Origin: an uncultured Thermoplasmatales archaeon
GTDB taxonomy: Archaea > Thermoplasmatota > E2 > DHVEG-1
Assembly: GCA_964640555.1 (NCBI GenBank)
Contig: CAZXHI010000041.1
Span: 1 to 46,023, forward strand
Length of the DNA stretch: 46,023 nucleotides
Direction: 5' to 3'
Part shown: piece by piece, positions 21,304 through 30,398 of the stretch
Layout of the letters: every line of letters starts with the position of its first letter
How positions within the stretch are numbered: the first letter of the stretch is position 1
Made by a program: the position numbers and the translations under genes
Notes under the pieces: generated by a model
Told to the model about the DNA's origin: nothing
The model's database searches: none
The model's input: only the letters and a program-made list of their open reading frames with translations

Positions 21304-23259
21304 ATGACTGAAGAAAACATATCCGTATTGCTAGACGAAAAACGTGTTTTTAAACCAAAAGAAGAGTTTGTAAAACAAACGAATGTAAAGCAGTGGATGG
21401 ACAAACATAATATAAAAAACCTCGATGAATTGCATAAAAAAGCAGAAAACTGGAAATGGTTCTGGGGAGAGATTTCAAAAGAATTGGTTGAATGGTATAA
21501 ACCATATAAAGAAGTATTAGAATGGGATGCTCCATGGGCTAAATGGTTTGTAGGAGCTAAGTATAATATTGTACATGATGCACTCGACAAACATGCAAAT
21601 AGCTGGAGGAAAAACAAGGTTGCTTTTATTTTTGAAGGTGAGCCCGGCGATGTACAAAAGTTGACTTATAATGACCTTTATATCGAGGTCAATAAATTCG
21701 CTAACTCATTGAAAAAAATTGGTGTGAAAAAAGGCGATCGCGTAGGCATTTATATGCCGATGATTCTTGAACTGCCTATTGCTATGCTTGCCTGTGCAAA
21801 GATCGGAGCGATTCACTCTGTTGTATTTTCAGGTTTTAGTTCACTTGCTTTCAGAGATAGAGTTAATGATTGTGAGGCGAAGGTTGTTATTACGTGTGAC
21901 GGGTTTTGGCGACGTGGTAAAAAGGTCTATCTTAAAGAGCAAGCTGATGTTGCTCTTGAAGACGCACCAAGTGTTGAGCATGTCGTAGTGTGCAAGCGTA
22001 CTGGTGATGGAGTTCCTTGGACTGCTGGTAGAGACGTATGGTGGCATGACCTTGTTTTTGATGCTCCTAAAGAGTGCGAAACTGAGAAACTTGATGCGAA
22101 TGATCCATTGTTTTTCTTGTATACATCCGGTACTACAGGCAAACCAAAAGGTATTATCCATGCACATGGAGGTTATGCTGTTGGTACTGCTTATACGCTC
22201 AAATGGGTATTTGATATTAAGGATGAGGACATCTGGTGGTGTGCCGCTGATATTGGTTGGATAACCGGTCATTCTTATATCGTGTATGCACCGTTGATTC
22301 TTGGTGCAACATCTGTTTTATATGAAGGCGCACCTAACTGGCCACAGCCTGACCGCTGGTGGGAGATCATAGAAAAATACAATGTAACAACGTTGTATAC
22401 TTCACCTACAAGTGTCCGTTTGTTTATGAAGTATGGAGAAGACTGGCCAAAAAAACATGATCTTAGCACTCTTCGATTGTTAGGTTCTGTCGGTGAACCA
22501 ATAAATCCTGAGGCATGGATGTGGTATTACAAACACATTGGTAATGAGAAATGTCAAATTATGGACACCTGGTGGCAAACTGAAACAGGGCATTTTGTTA
22601 TATCGCCGTTACCAATTACACCGTTGAAACCTGGTTCTGCTACAAGACCATTACCTGGTCTTTCTGCTGATGTATACAATGAACAAGGAGAGTCTGTTCA
22701 AAATGCTGGAGGAAACCTGGTTCTGCCACATCCATGGCCCGGTATGCTCCGAGGTATATACAAGAACGAAGATCGTTACAAGGAAACATATTGGAGTAAA
22801 TTCAAAGGGGAATATCTCGCAGGTGACGTGACACGGAAAGACAATGATGGTTTCTTCTGGGTTCAGGGACGTGCGGATGATGTACTTAATGTATCGGGGC
22901 ATAGGATTGGAAACTCAGAGGTAGAATCTGCACTTGTTAGTCATCCAATGGTTGCTGAGGCAGCAGTCATTGGTAAACCACATTCGCTTAAGGGCGAGTC
23001 AATTACCTCGTATGTGGTACTTAGAGGGGGTATTAATCCAACGGATGAACTGAGAAAAGAATTGAGAGAGCATGTTGGAAATGAGGTGGGTAAAATAGCC
23101 CGACCCGATGAAATATGGTTTGTTAGTGACGTGCCGAAGACACGTAGCGGAAAGATCATGCGACGTGTTATCCGCTCGAAAGCATTAGGTAAAGATGTGG
23201 GCGATATTTCTACGCTTTCTAACCCTGAAGCAGTAGACGAAATTTCAAAAGCAAAATAA
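21304..23259 (+). CDS. acs: AMP-forming acetyl-CoA synthetase
   Basis: 651 aa. [18 protein letters not shown] and the C-terminal [11 protein letters not shown] motif (Lys617, codon 23152-23154). Confidence 0.95.
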   Translation: MTEENISVLLDEKRVFKPKEEFVKQTNVKQWMDKHNIKNLDELHKKAENWKWFWGEISKELVEWYKPYKEVLEWDAPWAKWFVGAKYNIVHDALDKHANSWRKNKVAFIFEGEPGDVQKLTYNDLYIEVNKFANSLKKIGVKKGDRVGIYMPMILELPIAMLACAKIGAIHSVVFSGFSSLAFRDRVNDCEAKVVITCDGFWRRGKKVYLKEQADVALEDAPSVEHVVVCKRTGDGVPWTAGRDVWWHDLVFDAPKECETEKLDANDPLFFLYTSGTTGKPKGIIHAHGGYAVGTAYTLKWVFDIKDEDIWWCAADIGWITGHSYIVYAPLILGATSVLYEGAPNWPQPDRWWEIIEKYNVTTLYTSPTSVRLFMKYGEDWPKKHDLSTLRLLGSVGEPINPEAWMWYYKHIGNEKCQIMDTWWQTETGHFVISPLPITPLKPGSATRPLPGLSADVYNEQGESVQNAGGNLVLPHPWPGMLRGIYKNEDRYKETYWSKFKGEYLAGDVTRKDNDGFFWVQGRADDVLNVSGHRIGNSEVESALVSHPMVAEAAVIGKPHSLKGESITSYVVLRGGINPTDELRKELREHVGNEVGKIARPDEIWFVSDVPKTRSGKIMRRVIRSKALGKDVGDISTLSNPEAVDEISKAK

Positions 23260-23260
23260 A

Positions 23261-23309
23261 GTAGATTATTTTCTACTTTCTTCCTTTTTTATTTTTCTGT
23301 TTTTTTTCT
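23261..23309 (+). terminator. Hairpin plus long oligo-T tracts after acs
   Basis: AGTAGA (23261-23266) pairs with TCTACT (23273-23278). T runs follow at 23286-23291 and 23301-23308. Confidence 0.5.
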
Positions 23310-23387
23310 GATAACTGTTATATAACGCCTAATTGTTTTGCTAATGAGAGTTATCTCAGTTTCTAACTTTCATGGAGGTATGGTATA

Positions 23388-24248
23388 GTGGACAATGTGG
23401 ATATAAAAAATGGCATCATTCAACTTATAAAAAAGGCGGAAACAGAGTTACCAACTGATGTAATAAATGCTCTAGAGAAAGCGCGTGGGGTTGAGGAAGG
23501 GATTGCAAAAACTCAGATTGAGACCATACTGAAAAATATAGATCTTGCAAAGAAATCAGGGCGTCCGATGTGTCAGGATACGGGTATTCAGACTTTTTTT
23601 GTAGAAATTGGTATGGACTTTCAGCATATTAATAAACTTAAGGGTCTAATTCTAGACGCAGTGAAAATTGCCACTATGAAAATCCCATTGCGTCCTAATA
23701 CTGTTGATCCATTTAGTGGTGAGAATCATAAAGATAACACCGGAGATAATATTCCCTATATAACATGGGATTTTGTTGAGGGAAGTGATGTGTATATTAC
23801 AGCTTTACCTAAGGGTGGCGGTAGTGAAAACATGAGTAAACTTGGAATGCTAAAACCCGGCGTTGGCATAGAAGGTGTAAAAGATTTTGTTGTTAAGGAG
23901 ATGATAAAAGCCGGTGGTAATCCATGTCCGCCAACCATTGTAGGTGTGGGTATAGGGGGTGGTGCAGATCTAGCAATGAAACTAGGTAAAAAATCTCTCC
24001 TCAGACCGATTGGCAATCGCCACAAGGATAAAACCATTGCTGCAATAGAAGAAGAACTCATTAAACGAATAAACGACAGTGGTATTGGTCCTATGGGTCT
24101 CGGAGGAAAAACCACTGTTCTAGATGTTCATATTGAGAAGGCGCATAGACATCCAGCTAGCCTGCCTGTTGGGATTGCTGTGCAATGCTGGGCTGACCGA
24201 AGATCGGAAATGGTAATTCACTCTGATGGGAGTTGGGAGGTGAAATAA
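23388..24248 (+). CDS. Class I (Fe-S) fumarate hydratase, alpha subunit
   Basis: 286 aa. CQDTGI motif, two-subunit archaeal/Thermotoga type. GTG start with GGAGGT 8 nt upstream. Confidence 0.85.
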   Translation: MDNVDIKNGIIQLIKKAETELPTDVINALEKARGVEEGIAKTQIETILKNIDLAKKSGRPMCQDTGIQTFFVEIGMDFQHINKLKGLILDAVKIATMKIPLRPNTVDPFSGENHKDNTGDNIPYITWDFVEGSDVYITALPKGGGSENMSKLGMLKPGVGIEGVKDFVVKEMIKAGGNPCPPTIVGVGIGGGADLAMKLGKKSLLRPIGNRHKDKTIAAIEEELIKRINDSGIGPMGLGGKTTVLDVHIEKAHRHPASLPVGIAVQCWADRRSEMVIHSDGSWEVK

Positions 24249-24249
24249 A

Positions 24250-24798
24250 ATGGAATATCATTTTAAATTACCGGTGGACTCTGGAGAAATTAAAAAATTG
24301 CACGTAGGAGATATTATATATGTCACTGGTACGATTTTCACGGCTAGGGATGAGGCACATCACATGATGCTTGAAAAAGACAAAAACAATCTACCGTTTG
24401 ACCCATCGGAAATGGCTCTCTATCACTGTGGCCCCCTCATGAAAAAAACAGATAAAGGATGGCAGGTAGTTTCAGCAGGCCCTACGACAAGCAGCCGCAT
24501 GGAAATCTTTGAAGATGAATTCATAGAAAAATATGGGATAAACATCATAATCGGCAAAGGCGGCATGGGTGAAAGAACTGAAAAAGCACTGCAGAAACAC
24601 ACTGGAGTCTATACTGCATATACTGGTGGAGCAGGGGCATTAGCAGCAGATAAAGTGGAGGAAGTACCAGCCGTCTACTGGCTTGATGAACTAGGTATGC
24701 CAGAGGCTGCCTGGATATTTAAGGTAAAAGAATTCGGGCCACTAGTAGTAGCGATAGATTCACACGGGAGATCGATTTATAAAGAAATTAAAAGATAG
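24250..24798 (+). CDS. Class I fumarate hydratase, beta subunit
   Basis: 182 aa. GTIFTARDEAHHMM...GKGGMG. 1-nt gap after the alpha subunit. Confidence 0.85.
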   Translation: MEYHFKLPVDSGEIKKLHVGDIIYVTGTIFTARDEAHHMMLEKDKNNLPFDPSEMALYHCGPLMKKTDKGWQVVSAGPTTSSRMEIFEDEFIEKYGINIIIGKGGMGERTEKALQKHTGVYTAYTGGAGALAADKVEEVPAVYWLDELGMPEAAWIFKVKEFGPLVVAIDSHGRSIYKEIKR

Positions 24799-24820
24799 AA
24801 GAGTGGAGAATCAAAATATT

Positions 24821-25255
24821 TTATGCTTTCTTTTTCTCAGCGTCTTCTATTTCTTTTTTAATCCATGGTCCTACCTTATCACCATGGATGAGATTTTTTA
24901 GATCTTCATCAAGATTAGATGGTTTTACAATCATTATCCAACCTTTGTCATATGAACTTTTGTTTATCAATGTGCAGTCGTCTTCAAGTTCTTCATTTAC
25001 CTCAATGATTTCACCGGATACAGGTGATACAAATTTACCAACCCATTTAGCGGATTGTATTTTACCGCATGTTTCGCCCTGTTCAATTTCATCTCCTTCA
25101 AATGGAAGATCAATATAAGTTGTATCGCCTGCACTTTTTTGATAGAAATCATTCATTCCAACTCTTACATTTCCATCTGATTCAATCTTTACCCATGCAT
25201 GGTCTTTATGATAATGTAGCTCATCGGGAATGTCATATCCTTCTATTGATGCCAT
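24821..25255 (-). CDS. gcvH: Glycine-cleavage H-type lipoyl carrier protein
   Basis: YHKDHAWVK... and lipoyl-lysine context IQSAKWVGKFVSPVSGEIIEVN. GAGGAGGT upstream. Confidence 0.85.
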   Translation of the reverse strand: MASIEGYDIPDELHYHKDHAWVKIESDGNVRVGMNDFYQKSAGDTTYIDLPFEGDEIEQGETCGKIQSAKWVGKFVSPVSGEIIEVNEELEDDCTLINKSSYDKGWIMIVKPSNLDEDLKNLIHGDKVGPWIKKEIEDAEKKKA

Positions 25256-25439
25256 TAAATTTTACCTCCTCTATATCAAACAATTTTTGCTATATTATTG
25301 ATAATCGATTTATTAAATTTGTGTATTCAGAGTATTGAGAATAACTTTTTTACCGTTCATAACGATTTACGCATGACCCCATCAATTAATAAGAATCAAA
25401 ATAATGTTAGATTGTATTAGATGAACAAAGGGTGATATA

Positions 25440-26264
25440 TTGAATATTGACTTATCAGTAAATTTGGAAGAAACAGCTATTATTATCAAAGATTTTATAA
25501 AAACATATGTTGAAAACTCCGGATGCAAAAGTATAGTACTTGGGCTCTCGGGGGGCATTGATTCAGCAGTTGTTGCTCTATTATGTAGCGGTGCTATAGG
25601 AAAGGAAAACACAAAGTGCGTTTTTTTACCCGATGGCGCTACGCCAGATTTAGATATCAAACATCAAGAACTATTTGTTAAAAAATTTGATTTGTTGTGT
25701 GAAAAAAAAGACATTACCTCTCTTGTACAAACTATGGAAAACAAGTGTATTGTAAAACCAAATGACTATGCACTTGCAAATATTAAGGCAAGAATAAGGA
25801 TGATACTGCTTTTTGAATATGCTAATATGACTAGGAGTCTAGTTTGTGGCGCCTCTAATAAGTCAGAGATGCTTGTTGGTTACTTTACAAAATATGGGGA
25901 TGGTGGTGTTGATATTATGCCAATTGCCGATCTTTATAAAACCCAGGTTTGGAAGTTGGCAGAGTATTTGAAGGTCCCTGGTGAATTGATCTCAAAACCG
26001 CCGACTGCTGGTCTAATTGTTGGGCAGACGGATGAAAAAGAACTACAACTTAGTTACAAATATTTGGATAAAATACTTGCGGGTTTAGAGCAGAAGATGG
26101 ATATTGGGGAGATAGCAAATATTGCAGGTGTGAAAAAATCTGATGTTGAAAGAGTTAAAAAAATGAGAATTAAAAGTCAGCATAAGAGAAGAACTCCTTT
26201 AATTCCAAAAGTTGGCCTTAGAACTCCTGGTCTTGATTGGCGTTCACCAATACAGGAAGGATAA
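25440..26264 (+). CDS. nadE: NH3-dependent NAD+ synthetase
   Basis: P-loop SGGIDSAVV, 274 aa. Apparent TTG start with GGTGAT upstream. Confidence 0.85.
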   Translation: MNIDLSVNLEETAIIIKDFIKTYVENSGCKSIVLGLSGGIDSAVVALLCSGAIGKENTKCVFLPDGATPDLDIKHQELFVKKFDLLCEKKDITSLVQTMENKCIVKPNDYALANIKARIRMILLFEYANMTRSLVCGASNKSEMLVGYFTKYGDGGVDIMPIADLYKTQVWKLAEYLKVPGELISKPPTAGLIVGQTDEKELQLSYKYLDKILAGLEQKMDIGEIANIAGVKKSDVERVKKMRIKSQHKRRTPLIPKVGLRTPGLDWRSPIQEG

Positions 26265-26357
26265 CTTTTTGATTGAGCGTGGAGAAAGTTATTGGTAAAC
26301 TTAATACATAGTTACTTGATACAGGGCTCAATAATTAATTGATTCTGGGAGGTTCAT

Positions 26358-27881
26358 ATGACGGTAGTTATTGGTGGTTCCGGACTGACAATTGAGAAAG
26401 TTGTTGATGTAGCAAGAAACAATGAAAAAGTGAAACTTCATTCTGACGCCTTGAAACGCATTAAAGCATGCAGAGCAATGCTGGAAAAGAAGATCGATGC
26501 ACATGAAATAATGTATGGTGTGAATACAGGAATAGGTGAATTTTCAGAAGTTGTGTTAACTGATGATCAGGTGAAAGAGTTTCAGAAATATCTTGTATAT
26601 AATCATGCTGCTGGCATTGGTGATCCTGCCCCTATTGAGTATGTGCGAGGAGCAATGCTTGGTAGAATCAATGTTCATGCACATGGCAATTCAGGTTGTC
26701 GTCCAGAAATAACGCTAACGCTTGTGGAAATGCTGAACGAGGGTGTGACCCCATACGTTTGCCAGAAAGGTTCAGTTGGTGCATGCGGTGATTTAGCCCC
26801 CATGTCTCAAATTGCGCTACTTATGTTAGGTGAAGGTCAAGCATACTACAAAGGCAAACTTCTTGATGGAAAAGAATCCATGAAAAAGTCGGGAATTCCA
26901 ATTCCTGGCTTACAGGCAAGAGATGGACTTGCGATTATAAACGGCTCCAATGTTCTTACTGCAATGAGTGCAATACTCCTTTATGATGCAAATAACTGGT
27001 TAAAGCAGGCTGAAATAGCTGCAGCAATGTCACTTGAGGCATTAAAAGCCAACATGAAGCCATATACTGTAAAATTACACAAAGTACGTGGTTTTAAAGG
27101 TGCAGTTAGAAGTGCAGAGACAATACGCAAACTTGTTGAGGGCGGCGATCTAAAAGAAGAGCGAATCAAATGCAAGGTGCAAGATGCTTATTCAATGAGA
27201 TCTACACCGCAAGTGATAGGTGCTGCTCATGATGCCTTGGATTACGCTCGTTCACAGGTTGAAATTGAACTCAATGGTGTAGGAGATAACCCTGTTTTCT
27301 TCCCTGACGAAGATCTTCAGATATCTGGTGCTAATTTCCAGGGAAGCCCTGTTTCTCTTCCTATGGACATGGCAGGTGCTGCCATTACCATGGTAAGTGT
27401 CATGTCTGAAAGAAGATTAAACAGACTAAATAATCCTGCACTGAGTGTGGGGCTTCCCGCGTTCTTGACAAAAGGTGCAGGAATGTTTTCAGGAATGATG
27501 CTTTCCCAGTATACTGCAGATATGCAAATAGTTGAACAACGCATTCTTTCTGCACCAGCATCTGTTCAGTCTATTCCAGCTGCCGCTGATCAGGAGGATT
27601 TCGTTTCTATGGGCATGAATACAGCCATCAAGAATTTTCAGATACTTGACAATGCTTACGGTATTTTGGGTATTGAATTTATGGCTGCTGCTCAGGCTCT
27701 TGATTTCCGTGACTATAAATTCGGTAAAGGTGTCACAAAGGCCAAAGAAGTTATAAGAAAACATGTTGAATTCTTGGATGTTGATAGACCACTGTATAAA
27801 GATCACACGACAATGAAAGAACTTGTTAAATCATGTGAAATACTCAAAGAAGTTGAAAAGATAGTGGGAAGTTTGGAATAG
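26358..27881 (+). CDS. hutH: Histidine ammonia-lyase family (MIO-dependent aromatic amino acid lyase)
   Basis: 507 aa. YGVNTGIGEF, GSVGACGDLAPMS (MIO region with Cys in place of the canonical Ser), QDAYSMRSTPQV. Confidence 0.8.
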   Translation: MTVVIGGSGLTIEKVVDVARNNEKVKLHSDALKRIKACRAMLEKKIDAHEIMYGVNTGIGEFSEVVLTDDQVKEFQKYLVYNHAAGIGDPAPIEYVRGAMLGRINVHAHGNSGCRPEITLTLVEMLNEGVTPYVCQKGSVGACGDLAPMSQIALLMLGEGQAYYKGKLLDGKESMKKSGIPIPGLQARDGLAIINGSNVLTAMSAILLYDANNWLKQAEIAAAMSLEALKANMKPYTVKLHKVRGFKGAVRSAETIRKLVEGGDLKEERIKCKVQDAYSMRSTPQVIGAAHDALDYARSQVEIELNGVGDNPVFFPDEDLQISGANFQGSPVSLPMDMAGAAITMVSVMSERRLNRLNNPALSVGLPAFLTKGAGMFSGMMLSQYTADMQIVEQRILSAPASVQSIPAAADQEDFVSMGMNTAIKNFQILDNAYGILGIEFMAAAQALDFRDYKFGKGVTKAKEVIRKHVEFLDVDRPLYKDHTTMKELVKSCEILKEVEKIVGSLE

Positions 27882-27956
27882 AATATCCTTTGATGATAGT
27901 TATTCATAGAAAAATATAAATTCTTACAAATGTTATTAATCCCAGAAGTGAAAAAA

Positions 27957-29477
27957 ATGAATAACAAATATCTTCTAACGTTAGTCCCAATATTTGCAGT
28001 CGTAATCCTCCTATCTAGCAGTTTTGTCTCGGCAGCTTCTCAACAAAAAACACCAATGTTTAATTCATTTAATTCTAAAGAAATTAACTATCAAAATAAA
28101 CCAAGTTTTATCCAAAGTTTTGACAAACTAGGCACTGTAAAGATTCTCTACCCTCTTTCATCGATTCCTGTGTTGGTTGAAAAAGAGGGAAACTTTACTA
28201 TTGATTTTCAATCAGAAGATTTTGACAGCATATCTGCATGCATTTCTACGGCATATGAGCCCATTGTAGACGAGATTGAACTAGAACTAGAGAATGTATG
28301 GAAAACTGATTCGACATGGCATGTCACAGCATCTGTTTCTTTAAACACGCCAGAAGAGCTCTATAATCTTACCATAATTATTGAGAAAAATGGTGAATTT
28401 GTATCATGCAGTCAACCCAGAGCCGTAAGCGTAATAGATGAGTTTTCTGACAATTTTTCATTTATTCACGTCACAGATTTTCACATTGGAGATCCAAGAG
28501 GTCTAAGGGAAAATATGTGGCAGACTATAGGTTGGAAAGCTGCAAAGAAATGTGTAGAGGAGATAAACCTGATATCCCCAGATTTTGTTGTGATAACAGG
28601 CGATTTGGTCTTTGGACAATTATATCCATTTGAATACACGTGGGAATACAAAAAATGTTATGAAATCCTTCAAATGTTTCAAGTGCCTACTTTTTTATGC
28701 CCGGGGAATCATGACGGATATGTTCAAACTGGGCAAGACGGTTTCAAATTATGGCAGGAATATTTTGGTCCTCTTTACTATTCATTTGACTATGGTGACT
28801 ATCATTTTACTAGCGTGAATTCCTACGACTGGCCTAAGTTTGCTAGATTTGGTATTTCATATCTTGTTTTTAACTGGGGTGGCTCCATACAGGAAGAACA
28901 GATGGAGTGGATAGAAGAGGATTTAGAAAATAGCAATGCAACAATGAAATTCATGCTTTTGCATCATAATCCCATATGGGATACAAAGAATGATTCTTTG
29001 CTGAAAAATGGGTATAGGGGAAGGGAAGAACTGCTTTCGTTAATTGACGAATATGGTGTGGATGCAGTTTTTGCAGGACATGTGCATTACGATGATATTA
29101 CAATTCGAAATGACACACTTTATGTAACAACGACAACCGTGTCAAGTTCCCTGTCGAGTGAAGATGCTTATTGGGGATACAGACTAATTGATATACAGGA
29201 TGGGGAAATTACATCATACAATTATAAAGAACCGAAATTCTCTATTCCATCATACAAACTGAGCTGTAAGTTTACAGATTCGCATACTGCAGTTGTGACA
29301 AATGATTTGGAAATGGATATCAAGGCTCATTTGACATTTGTACTTCCTTTGGGGGGATACAATGTAGAAAATGGGGAAATTCTAATGCAAAGAGAAAAAA
29401 ATGACACAGTCGAGATTTATGTTGCATCAGAAGTTGAAAAAGAGAGTGATGTAACTATAACTCTCTCTTTACAGTAG
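27957..29477 (+). CDS. Secreted or membrane-anchored calcineurin-like metallophosphoesterase
   Basis: Signal/anchor LLTLVPIFAVVILLSSSFVSA. Motifs HVTDFHIGD, TGDLV, GNHD, LLHHNP and GHVH. I prefer ATG 27957 over 27930 because TATA-like AAAATATAAA at 27911-27920 would place the transcript start after 27930. Confidence 0.75.
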   Translation: MNNKYLLTLVPIFAVVILLSSSFVSAASQQKTPMFNSFNSKEINYQNKPSFIQSFDKLGTVKILYPLSSIPVLVEKEGNFTIDFQSEDFDSISACISTAYEPIVDEIELELENVWKTDSTWHVTASVSLNTPEELYNLTIIIEKNGEFVSCSQPRAVSVIDEFSDNFSFIHVTDFHIGDPRGLRENMWQTIGWKAAKKCVEEINLISPDFVVITGDLVFGQLYPFEYTWEYKKCYEILQMFQVPTFLCPGNHDGYVQTGQDGFKLWQEYFGPLYYSFDYGDYHFTSVNSYDWPKFARFGISYLVFNWGGSIQEEQMEWIEEDLENSNATMKFMLLHHNPIWDTKNDSLLKNGYRGREELLSLIDEYGVDAVFAGHVHYDDITIRNDTLYVTTTTVSSSLSSEDAYWGYRLIDIQDGEITSYNYKEPKFSIPSYKLSCKFTDSHTAVVTNDLEMDIKAHLTFVLPLGGYNVENGEILMQREKNDTVEIYVASEVEKESDVTITLSLQ

Positions 29478-30369
29478 TCTGATCAAATATAAACTTTTTA
29501 CCTGTAACCTTTTCGTAAGCCTCTTGATATTTATTCTGAGTTTCTAAAATAACATTCTTGGGTAGACGAGGTGGCGGGGAATTCTTATCCCAACCTGTGC
29601 TTGACAAATAATCCCTGACAAACTGTTTATCAAAACTTGGCTGAGATTTCCCGGGGTCGTATAAATCCGCAGGCCAAAAACGTGAAGAATCGGGAGTGAG
29701 AACTTCATCTACAAGTATTATCTCATCACCGATTTTCCCAAACTCAAATTTTGTATCTGCTATAATAATACCTCTTTTACGTGCATATTCTGATGCAGTC
29801 TTGTAGATGTTCAAAGATAAATCCTTTAGCTTTTCTGCAGGTTCATCGCCAATTGTCTTCTTCATCTCCTCAAAAGAAATATTGATATCATGCCCCGTTT
29901 CAGCCTTGGTAGACGGGGTAAAAAGCGGCTCATCAAATTTATCGGACTCCTTAAGTCCACTTGGAAACTTACTACCACATACCGTCTCATCCTTCTTATA
30001 GGATTTCCACGCTGAGCCAGAAATATATCCTCTCACGATGCATTCAATAGGAAATACTTCAGCTTTTTTCACAATCATACTTCTGCCAGAGAGCACATCT
30101 TTATGTTCTTTTAATTCGCTAGGAAAATCAGCAACATCAGCAGAGACAACATGACTGGGCACGGTATCTTTGAAAAAATCAAACCAGAATTTCGATATCT
30201 GCGTTAAGCAAACTCCTTTGTACGGTATTGGATCTTCCAATACGTAGTCAAAAGCAGATATGCGATCTGTAACAATGAGAAGAAGATTATTATCAACTTC
30301 GTAAACATCTCTCACTTTACCTTTTTTAAATACCTTAAACGGCAGATCTGTATATGTAACAACACTCAT
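29455..30369 (-). CDS. purC: SAICAR synthetase (long form)
   Basis: 304 aa. GKVRDVY...TDRISAFD...ADTKFEFG. The 3' end overlaps the convergent phosphoesterase gene by 23 nt. Confidence 0.9.
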   Translation of the reverse strand: MSVVTYTDLPFKVFKKGKVRDVYEVDNNLLLIVTDRISAFDYVLEDPIPYKGVCLTQISKFWFDFFKDTVPSHVVSADVADFPSELKEHKDVLSGRSMIVKKAEVFPIECIVRGYISGSAWKSYKKDETVCGSKFPSGLKESDKFDEPLFTPSTKAETGHDINISFEEMKKTIGDEPAEKLKDLSLNIYKTASEYARKRGIIIADTKFEFGKIGDEIILVDEVLTPDSSRFWPADLYDPGKSQPSFDKQFVRDYLSSTGWDKNSPPPRLPKNVILETQNKYQEAYEKVTGKKFIFDQTTVKREL

Positions 30370-30398
30370 TTTTTTCCTCTCCCATTTTTTCTATTTTT

